Shown piece by piece: positions 27,143-34,315 of a stretch of DNA of 37,980 nt. The position numbers and the translations under genes were made by a program. Below the pieces are notes generated by a model. That model was not told the origin of the DNA. It saw only the letters and a list, made by a program, of their open reading frames with translations, and made no database searches. This DNA comes from Candidatus Aminicenantes bacterium (GTDB lineage: Bacteria; Acidobacteriota; Aminicenantia; Aminicenantales; Aminicenantaceae): NCBI GenBank assembly GCA_023135995.1, contig JAGLRY010000204.1, forward strand, positions 1 through 37,980. The letters run 5' to 3'. Position 1 is the first letter of the stretch. Each line of letters begins with the position of its first letter.

Positions 27143-28169
27143 AGAGCGGACCATCTCGGGGAAAACCCTACTTGTCACAGGAGGGGCTGGATTTATCGGC
27201 AGCAATTTTATCCATTATTGGCTCAAGAAATACCCGGATAGCCGGATCGTCAACCTGGACAAACTGACCTATGCAGGAAACCTGGATAACCTCAAAGAGA
27301 TCGAAGATGACCCCAGGCACGAATTTGTCCAAGGGGATATCTGTGATCACGATCTCGTGCGTGAGGTCTTTCAGAGGATCGATGGTGTTGTCCATCTGGC
27401 TGCCGAAACTCACGTAGACCGCTCCATATTGGATGCTGGGGAATTTGTGAAGACAGATGTGCTCGGCAGCTTTGTGCTCTTTGAGGCCTGTCGGCAGGCT
27501 GAAATTGAGTTCTTCATACATGTTTCCACAGATGAGGTGTATGGAAGTCGGGAGGAAGGGTTTTTCCAGGAGGATGATCCTCTCAATCCAACGTCACCCT
27601 ATTCGGCGAGCAAGGCTGGCGGGGACCGCTTAGCCTATGCGTACACAAAGACATATGGTCTACCGATCATCATTTGCCGGCCAAGCAACAATTACGGGCC
27701 CTACCAGTACCCCGAAAAATTCATCCCTCTTTTCACGACAAACGCCCTCGAGGATAAACCTCTTCCCCTCTACGGAAAAGGATTGAATGTCCGAGACTGG
27801 CTCTTTGTGGAAGACAACTGCCGGGCGATCGACACACTCATCCGGAGAGGGCATTTTGGGGACGTCTACAACATCGGTGCGAATGACGAGGTGACGAATA
27901 TTGTGGTGGCTGAGCGGATATTGGAAGTCCTGGGGAAGCCAAAAAGTCTGATCAAATATGTCCCGGACCGTCAGGGACATGACCTGCGCTACGCCCTGGA
28001 TTGTAGCAAAATTCACGACTTGGGCTGGAAGCCGGTAAAGAGATTCGAAAACGGGTTGGAGGAGACTGTGCGTTGGTATGAGGAGTATCCTGACTGGTGG
28101 AAAAAGATCAAGGAGAAAAGCAAGGAGTTCAAAAGCTTTTACGAGACCTACTACCAGAAACGAAAATAA
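27135..28169 (+). CDS. rmlB: dTDP-glucose 4,6-dehydratase
   Basis: Motifs are LLVTGGAGFIGSNF, NLDKLTYAGN, HVSTDEVYG and SPYSASKAGGD. The ATG at 27135 overlaps the rmlC stop as ATGGCTGA. The ORF track extends to 27060, but that N-terminus is non-homologous. Confidence 0.9.
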   Translation: MAEERTISGKTLLVTGGAGFIGSNFIHYWLKKYPDSRIVNLDKLTYAGNLDNLKEIEDDPRHEFVQGDICDHDLVREVFQRIDGVVHLAAETHVDRSILDAGEFVKTDVLGSFVLFEACRQAEIEFFIHVSTDEVYGSREEGFFQEDDPLNPTSPYSASKAGGDRLAYAYTKTYGLPIIICRPSNNYGPYQYPEKFIPLFTTNALEDKPLPLYGKGLNVRDWLFVEDNCRAIDTLIRRGHFGDVYNIGANDEVTNIVVAERILEVLGKPKSLIKYVPDRQGHDLRYALDCSKIHDLGWKPVKRFENGLEETVRWYEEYPDWWKKIKEKSKEFKSFYETYYQKRK

Positions 28170-28207
28170 TATCCAACACCATAAATGACTGAGAAGGAGG
28201 AGGTTCA

Positions 28208-29164
28208 ATGAAAGTTCTGATCACTGGGATTACAGGGTTTGCAGGAAGTCATCTCGCTGATTATATCTTGGCTGATTTTCCCGACGTCGAACTCTTCGGA
28301 TTGGTGCGTTGGCGGAGCCGGATGGAAAATGTGATCCACATCCAAGATTCGGTGAGTTTTTGCGAAGGTGACCTCAAGGACATCGTCTCCTTAAGAAAAT
28401 GCCTTGCAGAGATAAAACCTGACCGCATATTCCATCTTGCCGCACAGAGTTTTGTTCCGACGTCTTGGAAGTGCCCCTCTGAGACGTTTGCCATCAATGC
28501 GATCGGGCAGATCAATCTTTTTGAAGCGTGTCTCTCGCTCGGCCTGTCTCCGAAGATCCAGGTGGCCGGCTCGAGTGAAGAATATGGCTTTGTCCAACCG
28601 GACGAACTCCCCATGACAGAGACCAATCCTTTGCGGCCTCTCAGCCCTTATGCCGTCAGCAAAGTCGCTCAGGACCTGCTGGCATACCAGTATTTTCAAA
28701 GCTACGGGTTGAGGACAGTACGCACCCGTGGCTTTAACCACACGGGCCCGCGCAGGGGAGACGTCTTTATTTGCTCGAACTTTGCCAAACAGATCGTAGA
28801 GATCGAGAAACAAAAGAGAGATCATGTGATCTTCGTCGGGAATCTGGATGCCAAGAGAGATTTTACGGACGTTCGTGACACGGTGCGTGCCTACTGGCTG
28901 AGTCTGGAAAAGGGAGAAGAGGGTGAGGTCTATAACATCGGGTCGGGCAAGGCCCATTCCATGAGAGAGATCCTGGACATGCTCCTTGAGATGAGCGATG
29001 CCGATGTGAAAGTCGAGGTCGACCCGGAGAGACTGCGTCCTTCAGATGTCCCCATACTCGAGTCAGATTGTTCCAAGTTCCGTGCTCTGACAGGGTGGGA
29101 GCCTCGCATCCCTTTTAAACAGTCCCTTCTGGACCTCCTGGATTATTGGAGAGAGACGATTTGA
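28208..29164 (+). CDS. extended SDR, GDP-mannose-dehydratase/Rmd-like NDP-4-keto-6-deoxyhexose reductase (paralog 1)
   Basis: 318 aa with ITGITGFAGSHL, FHLAAQSFV, GSSEEYG, the catalytic YAVSK, and FNHTGPRRG. GAAGGAGGAGG Shine-Dalgarno upstream. Confidence 0.7.
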   Translation: MKVLITGITGFAGSHLADYILADFPDVELFGLVRWRSRMENVIHIQDSVSFCEGDLKDIVSLRKCLAEIKPDRIFHLAAQSFVPTSWKCPSETFAINAIGQINLFEACLSLGLSPKIQVAGSSEEYGFVQPDELPMTETNPLRPLSPYAVSKVAQDLLAYQYFQSYGLRTVRTRGFNHTGPRRGDVFICSNFAKQIVEIEKQKRDHVIFVGNLDAKRDFTDVRDTVRAYWLSLEKGEEGEVYNIGSGKAHSMREILDMLLEMSDADVKVEVDPERLRPSDVPILESDCSKFRALTGWEPRIPFKQSLLDLLDYWRETI

Positions 29165-30114
29165 AACGGAAAGTGTTCATAACGGGAGCCACAGGCTTTG
29201 TCGGCTCCTATCTCAGTCAAGAGCTCAAGTCTTCGGCAAACATCATCTATGGGACTTGCTATCCTGAAAGGCCCGAGGACTGTGATCGAACGGTCGCAGA
29301 TAAGATCTATTATCAAGATATCAGAGATGCCAAGGGAATGGCTGCACTCATCGAAGAGATCCGTCCCGATCGGATTTTCCATCTCGCGGCTGTCTCCAGC
29401 GTTAAACGATCTTGGGATCAAAGGGAAGAGACATTCGAGACAAACCTCGCCGGAACATACCATCTCTTTGAAGCCATTAGACGATTTTCTCCTCAAGCAA
29501 GGATCCTCTACGTCAGCTCCTCAGACGTTTACGGAGTGTTGGCTCCTGTCAAAAGAGCTCTTTCTGAAGATGATGCTATCGAGCCTGTCAATCCGTATGC
29601 GTTCACAAAGATATCCGGAGAATTGCTCGCCAGGTTTTACTCTCGGATTGAAGGGCTCGATATCGTTCTTGCCAGGCCCTTTCCCCACACCGGTCCGGGT
29701 CAGAGCGCGGACTTTGTTTGTCCGGATTGGGCGCTCCAGATCGCTCAGATCGAGAAGGGAGACCGTGAGCCGGTCATGAGGGTTGGGAATACGCAGGTCC
29801 AGAGAGATTTTTTGGATGTGAGAGATGTGGTGAGGGCGTATGATCTTCTTATGGAAAAAGGCCAGAAAGGAGAAGTCTATAACATCTGTTCGGGCCGGGC
29901 GATCGCTCTCAAGGATGTGCTGGACATGCTTCTGTCCTTTACCTCTGGGGCGATAGATGTCCAAGTTGATCCTCACAAGTTGAGGAAAACGGATATCCCT
30001 CTTCTTGTGGGAAACAATCAAAAAATCCAGCGTACGACGTCTTGGGAACCCAAGATCCCTATGAAACAGACGCTGGGGGACCTTCTGGAGTACTGCCGCT
30101 CCACCCTTGTCTAA
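29146..30114 (+). CDS. extended SDR, Rmd-like NDP-4-keto-6-deoxyhexose reductase (paralog 2)
   Basis: 322 aa with ITGATGFVGSYL, FHLAAVSSV, SSSDVYG, YAFTK and FPHTGPGQS. It is collinear with paralog 1 at roughly one-third identity by eye. The likely real start is TTG 29161, which forms a TTGA overlap with the upstream stop. Confidence 0.7.
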   Translation: MERDDLKRKVFITGATGFVGSYLSQELKSSANIIYGTCYPERPEDCDRTVADKIYYQDIRDAKGMAALIEEIRPDRIFHLAAVSSVKRSWDQREETFETNLAGTYHLFEAIRRFSPQARILYVSSSDVYGVLAPVKRALSEDDAIEPVNPYAFTKISGELLARFYSRIEGLDIVLARPFPHTGPGQSADFVCPDWALQIAQIEKGDREPVMRVGNTQVQRDFLDVRDVVRAYDLLMEKGQKGEVYNICSGRAIALKDVLDMLLSFTSGAIDVQVDPHKLRKTDIPLLVGNNQKIQRTTSWEPKIPMKQTLGDLLEYCRSTLV

Positions 30115-30137
30115 AGTGGAGTCGGCTGTAAGTATCC

Positions 30138-30291
30138 CCAAAACCGTGGTGGCATGAATACACATGCGTTATTGAGTGTCCCAATTGTGTAGTGGAGAAA
30201 ATTCATTTATTTTTCCTCGCTGGAGAAACTGAGAGTGTTTTCGCAATCACCAATTGGGATACTCGGATATCATTCATCACGGATTTGGAAA
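30138..30291 (+). repeat. long-hairpin intergenic repeat, short copy (L)
   Basis: Module A is 30138-30201 and module B is 30237-30291. Both recur in reverse complement at 33315-33251 and 33072-33018. A and B are mutually complementary: outer stem 30138-30151 with 30275-30288, inner stem 30174-30187 with 30251-30264. The 35-nt apex can continue the hairpin. Confidence 0.85.
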
Positions 30292-30398
30292 CCTTACTAG
30301 TCAGGCTGCCCATTTGTAATGCGTGGCCATATGTGTTTTACTACCCAGACATTTTGTTTTTGAAAAGACGAAATTAATATTGGTTCGAGGAGATCTTT

Positions 30399-31415
30399 AT
30401 GAAAAAATTTTTAGCGTTATACATCCTCCTTGCGTTCCTCATCATAGGGTGTTCTTCAAAAACAGAAGATTTCAAGCTTAAGGAGGGGACAGAGGAGTAC
30501 CAACTGGCGAAAGACCTCTCTGTCACGCTCCCCTCGCTCGACCCTGATCTGAATAAAGTTCTGATCAGCACCAATGAATTCAATGTCACAACAGGAGAAG
30601 TCATACAAGGCCTTCATGAAAACTTTGGGAGTCGCGTTCTCCAACTCAAGGATTTCGAAGCAGCCCGGCTCAAAGATCTTATTGAGAAGAATGCTGTGCA
30701 GTTGGCAGAAAAAAATCTGTTACTGGGAGAAGCGATAAAAGCGAAGGGCACCGTAACTGTTGAGGAACTAAGCGCTGTTTTGAAAGAACAATACACGCGT
30801 GCCGGTAGCGAGGAGAAATATCTCGAGATGTTAGAAGGTCAAGGACTTGATATCGCTTTCATAAAGAAAAATCTCGAGGAGGAGTTGAAAATCCGCCAGT
30901 TTCTGGATAAAAAGCTCGCCAGTATGACAAAAGTTACTGAAGAAAAGATCCAGCAGGCATACCAAAAAGACAAAACCGCATCCGTCCGGCACATCCTGTT
31001 GCTCACCCAAGGGAAAAGCGATCCTGAGAAAGTGGAGGCCCATAAAAAAATGGAAGAACTTCTTGCCCGGGCGAGAAACGGAGAGGACTTTGCTGCCCTT
31101 GCCAAAGAATATTCCGAGGACCCTGGCTCAAAAGAGGATGGGGGTCTGTATGAAGATTTTGAGAGAGGGAAGATGGTGAAGCCCTTTGATGATGCGGCCT
31201 TTTCCGTTCCGGTGGGCGAGATCAGTGATATTGTTGAAACGACCTACGGGTATCACATCCTCCTTGTGGTCGACAGAAAAAAAGAAACGCGGCCTTTGGA
31301 TGAAGTTCGGGTGGAGCTGGAAGATCAACTGAAACAAGCCACGCAGGCCGAAATATTTGAAACCTATTTTTCTGAGCTTAAGGAGAAATCGGGATTCGAG
31401 ATCATTCCTCTCTAG
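30399..31415 (+). CDS. PrsA/SurA-like lipoprotein peptidylprolyl isomerase (parvulin type)
   Basis: 338 aa with a lipobox signal, MKKFLALYILLAFLIIGC. The parvulin domain is ASVRHILL...EYSEDPGSKEDGGLYEDFERGKMVKPFDDAAF...TTYGYHILLV. GAGGAG Shine-Dalgarno upstream. Confidence 0.82.
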   Translation: MKKFLALYILLAFLIIGCSSKTEDFKLKEGTEEYQLAKDLSVTLPSLDPDLNKVLISTNEFNVTTGEVIQGLHENFGSRVLQLKDFEAARLKDLIEKNAVQLAEKNLLLGEAIKAKGTVTVEELSAVLKEQYTRAGSEEKYLEMLEGQGLDIAFIKKNLEEELKIRQFLDKKLASMTKVTEEKIQQAYQKDKTASVRHILLLTQGKSDPEKVEAHKKMEELLARARNGEDFAALAKEYSEDPGSKEDGGLYEDFERGKMVKPFDDAAFSVPVGEISDIVETTYGYHILLVVDRKKETRPLDEVRVELEDQLKQATQAEIFETYFSELKEKSGFEIIPL

Positions 31416-31457
31416 CCTGAATAATCCAGGCTGGCTGATGGCTGAAATTTCGTGGAG

Positions 31458-32927
31458 TTAGAGGTTGAGTTCCAGTTGATTGTCTTTGATGATCTTTCTC
31501 TCTGCTTCGATCTTTGCGAGCACATCGGGAGTGACGTCTCCCGTGGGATAGACCCCGCTAAAACAGGCGCTACAAAACGTTTGGAGTTTCTTATTCCCTA
31601 GACTAACAGCCTTCTCGAGGTCCTCTAAAGATTGGTAGATGACCTTGTCCGCTTTCAGCTTTTTGGCGATTTGGTCGACGCTTGCGTTCCTTGCGATAAA
31701 CTCGGCCTTGGTCTGCATATCGATACCGTAGACACAGGGATGCCGCAGGGGGGGAGAGTAGGCCGCAAAATAAACCTTTTTTGCCCCGCATTCCCGCACC
31801 AGATCGATGATGGCCCGGGATGTGTTTCCCCTCACGATGCTGTCATCGACGAGAAGCACATTCTTACCCTTCAATTCGGAGACTATGGGATTGAGTTTCT
31901 GCCGAATAGAAGATTTTCTGGACTGGTCGCTGGGCATGATGAAGGTCCGTCCGATATAGCGGTTCTTGACGAGGGCTTCCCTGTAACGCAGTTGGAGGAT
32001 ACGTGCGATCTCCACAGCTGCATCCCGCGCCGAATCAGGGACTGGGACCACCACATCGATGTCGAGGTTCATAGTTCTGATCTTTTCGGCCAGGAAACGG
32101 CCCAGATGGACCCGACAGTCGTAGACATTGACGTTATCGATGAAGGAATCAGGGCGGGCGAAATACACCCATTCAAAAAGGCAGGGAGAATGCGGACAGT
32201 CCGCAAGCTTCTTTGTATGAATGTCACGGTTTTTATCGATGAAGAGCGCTTGACCGGCCTCGATGTTTTGGACGTTTTTGAAATTCATGATGTTCAAGCT
32301 TACACTTTCCGATGCCACAGCATACGAGGGGATGGGGCCATCGTCCCGACTCCCATAAACAAGAGGTTTAATCCCGTAGGGATCGCGGAAAGCAACAAGA
32401 CCTTGCTCTGCAATATAGGCCACTACAGAATAACTGCCCCTGACTTTTTCATAGACACGCCGGACAGCGTTGAATATGTGTTGGGGCGTCAGTTTTTTGA
32501 TGTTCTGATCGACGAGTTCCTGTGCGAAAATGTTCAGAATGGCTTCCACATCGTTATCGGAATTGAGCAAACGTTTGTGCTTGTCAAAAAGGACCTGTTT
32601 GATTTCTTTATAATTGATGACGTTTCCGTTGTGGGCCATCATGATCCCGAACGGCGAATTGATGAGGAAGGGCTGGGCCTCATCGCCACCGTAACCGCCA
32701 ATTGTGGGATACCGGGTATGGCCGATTCCGATGGTCCCATTCAAACGCTTGAAATGCTCCTCTGTGAAGATGTCCCTCACAAGACCGTTTCCCTTTTTTG
32801 TATGAAACCGTCCATCGTACGTTATGATCCCGGCTGAATCCTGACCTCTGTGTTGAATGGCCAACAATCCTTGATAGAGATCCTTAAAAACGTGATCGTT
32901 CCCGTGGATTCCTATAACGCCGCACAT
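31458..32927 (-). CDS. purF: amidophosphoribosyltransferase
   Basis: 489 aa with the Ntn N-terminus MCGVIGI. Also present are HRGQDSAGI, HTRYPT and the PRPP loop VLLVDDSIVRGNTS. C-terminal cysteines fit the Fe-S type. Confidence 0.95.
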   Translation of the reverse strand: MCGVIGIHGNDHVFKDLYQGLLAIQHRGQDSAGIITYDGRFHTKKGNGLVRDIFTEEHFKRLNGTIGIGHTRYPTIGGYGGDEAQPFLINSPFGIMMAHNGNVINYKEIKQVLFDKHKRLLNSDNDVEAILNIFAQELVDQNIKKLTPQHIFNAVRRVYEKVRGSYSVVAYIAEQGLVAFRDPYGIKPLVYGSRDDGPIPSYAVASESVSLNIMNFKNVQNIEAGQALFIDKNRDIHTKKLADCPHSPCLFEWVYFARPDSFIDNVNVYDCRVHLGRFLAEKIRTMNLDIDVVVPVPDSARDAAVEIARILQLRYREALVKNRYIGRTFIMPSDQSRKSSIRQKLNPIVSELKGKNVLLVDDSIVRGNTSRAIIDLVRECGAKKVYFAAYSPPLRHPCVYGIDMQTKAEFIARNASVDQIAKKLKADKVIYQSLEDLEKAVSLGNKKLQTFCSACFSGVYPTGDVTPDVLAKIEAERKIIKDNQLELNL

Positions 32928-32966
32928 TCTTTATCTCGTTTTATTACAATATCCAGAAACACTACC

Positions 32967-32994
32967 ATTATACTCGTTTTTTTTACGAATTGAA
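32967..32994 (-). promoter_or_regulatory. candidate sigma70 promoter for purF
   Basis: Read on the minus strand: TTCAAT (32994-32989), a 16-nt spacer, then a perfect TATAAT (32972-32967). It lies about 40 nt upstream of the purF ATG and immediately downstream of repeat copy R. Confidence 0.4.
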
Positions 32995-33017
32995 CGAAAA
33001 ACGGAAAAAAGTAAACA

Positions 33018-33315
33018 TTTCTAAATCCGTGATGAATGACATCCGAGTGTCCCAATCGGTGATTGCGAAAACGAACAACGGGACAGCAGTGCGACTCTAT
33101 TTCAATATAGGGACCGTTTCCCAAACGGTCCGTTCGGGGAACGGACCCTACATAAAAAGAAACCTGCCTTATGTTTTTAGGCTTGGTTCCGGGCTTCCCT
33201 CACATCTCCCTCAGGGAGATATACCATGCCTGTCCATCCCTTCTCACGGTTTTTCTCCACCACACAATTGGGACACTGAATAACGCAACTTGTGTTCATA
33301 CGATCACGGATTTGG
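33018..33315 (-). repeat. long-hairpin intergenic repeat, long copy (R) with a 178-nt internal insert
   Basis: It is the reverse complement of modules A (33315-33251) and B (33072-33018) of copy L. Module B matches at 51 of 55 positions and module A at about 55 of 65, by hand alignment. The insert 33073-33250 carries further perfect palindromes. Confidence 0.85.
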
Positions 33316-33346
33316 AAATGCTTCGCGTAACAAACAGTGAACACGC

Positions 33347-34315
33347 TTAAAGATGAAGTGCGCTGATGAGTTCGTCGGGTGTGACAGCGGCGGTGCCGAT
33401 TTTCCCCACGACCACACCCGCAGCCGCATTGGCTAACACGGCCCCCTCCAGAATCGATGCGCCCGAGAGAAGAGCCAGGGAGGCTGTGGCGATAACGGTG
33501 TCGCCCGCTCCTGTGACATCGAACACCTCTTTGGCGATCGTGGGAATATGGATCTCCTTTTTTCCCTTTTCAAAAACGGTCAGGCCGTGTTCCCCTCTTT
33601 TCAGGATCATGTATTTCGCCTCGATCTGGGACAGGATCCTTTCTCCGGCCTTTTCCACCTGAGCGTCTGTATCGCAGGCATGATGGACGATTTGTTCTGC
33701 TTCAGTGTGATTGGGATTGATGAGCGTGACGGGTGAAAAGGAGAAAAAATTGTCGACTTTCGGGTCAACAAAAACAGAGATCTCCTTCTTTTGTGCATAG
33801 GGCAACAGCTTTTGCATCAAAGACTTGGTAAGAAGACCCTTGTTGTAGTCTGAGATGAGGATGCCTTCAAACGCGTCCTTCTGGATAAAATTGAAGATCT
33901 TTTTCTCCATTCCTGAGGATATGGACTTCTTCTCTTCCTGGTCGACCCTGACGACCTGTTGATGATGGGCAATAATGCGCGTTTTGACTGTTGTGGGTCT
34001 TTTTTTATCAATAAAGATGCCCGAGCTATCCGAAACGTTTTTTTTGATCCAATCTCCGGCCTGATCATCACCCACCACTCCGACAGGAATTGGGAATGCG
34101 CCCAGGCTTTTAAGATTATGACAAACGTTCCCGGCTCCACCCAAGCATGACGTATCTCTTTGAACCTCGACGACAGGCACCGGAGCCTCTGGTGAGATGC
34201 GGACAACATTCCCCCAAAGGTATTTATCGAGCATGAGATCTCCCAGCACAAGGATTCTTTTATTGGCGAAGTTCTGGACGATGTCGGCCATCCTTTTTGT
34301 GTCCACACTAGTCAT
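33347..34315 (-). CDS. hldA: D-glycero-beta-D-manno-heptose-7-phosphate kinase (RfaE domain I type)
   Basis: 322 aa, PfkB fold, with ILVLGDLMLDKYLWGNVVRISPEAPVPVVEV, GGAGNV and DVTGAGDTV. Confidence 0.85.
   Translation of the reverse strand: MTSVDTKRMADIVQNFANKRILVLGDLMLDKYLWGNVVRISPEAPVPVVEVQRDTSCLGGAGNVCHNLKSLGAFPIPVGVVGDDQAGDWIKKNVSDSSGIFIDKKRPTTVKTRIIAHHQQVVRVDQEEKKSISSGMEKKIFNFIQKDAFEGILISDYNKGLLTKSLMQKLLPYAQKKEISVFVDPKVDNFFSFSPVTLINPNHTEAEQIVHHACDTDAQVEKAGERILSQIEAKYMILKRGEHGLTVFEKGKKEIHIPTIAKEVFDVTGAGDTVIATASLALLSGASILEGAVLANAAAGVVVGKIGTAAVTPDELISALHL

Noticed and set aside
30192-30377. A 61-aa ORF (GTG start) across repeat copy L. Companion ORFs across copy R are 32990..33283 (plus strand) and 32912..33124 (minus strand).
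   Set aside because: The module-B reading frame is similar in both copies (VFAITNWDTRISFITDLE versus VFAITDWDTRMSFITDLE). However, the frame is not continuous with module A in copy R, and it is interrupted by a TAG just upstream. The four substitutions (two synonymous, two not) are too few to argue for coding. A nucleotide-level repeat explains the similarity better.
31412-31434. A hairpin, AGCCTG-AATAATC-CAGGCT, between the convergent PPIase and purF genes.
   Set aside because: The stem is short (6-8 bp) and has no flanking T or A run on either strand. It is too weak to call as a terminator.
31632-32837. A 401-aa stop-free ORF on the plus strand, antisense to almost all of purF.
   Set aside because: It is codon-aligned antisense to a confidently identified, highly conserved gene. 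Its composition is low-information (Asp/Val/Gly/Ile-rich) with no recognisable motifs and no Shine-Dalgarno. This is most simply explained by purF avoiding TTA, CTA and TCA codons.
32928-33346. A possible purine-responsive riboswitch (purine, ZTP/pfl or PRPP class) upstream of purF.
   Set aside because: I could not recognise the conserved cores of those classes by eye. The best promoter candidate lies downstream of the structured region, so that region would not be part of the leader. An Rfam scan would be needed to exclude a riboswitch properly.
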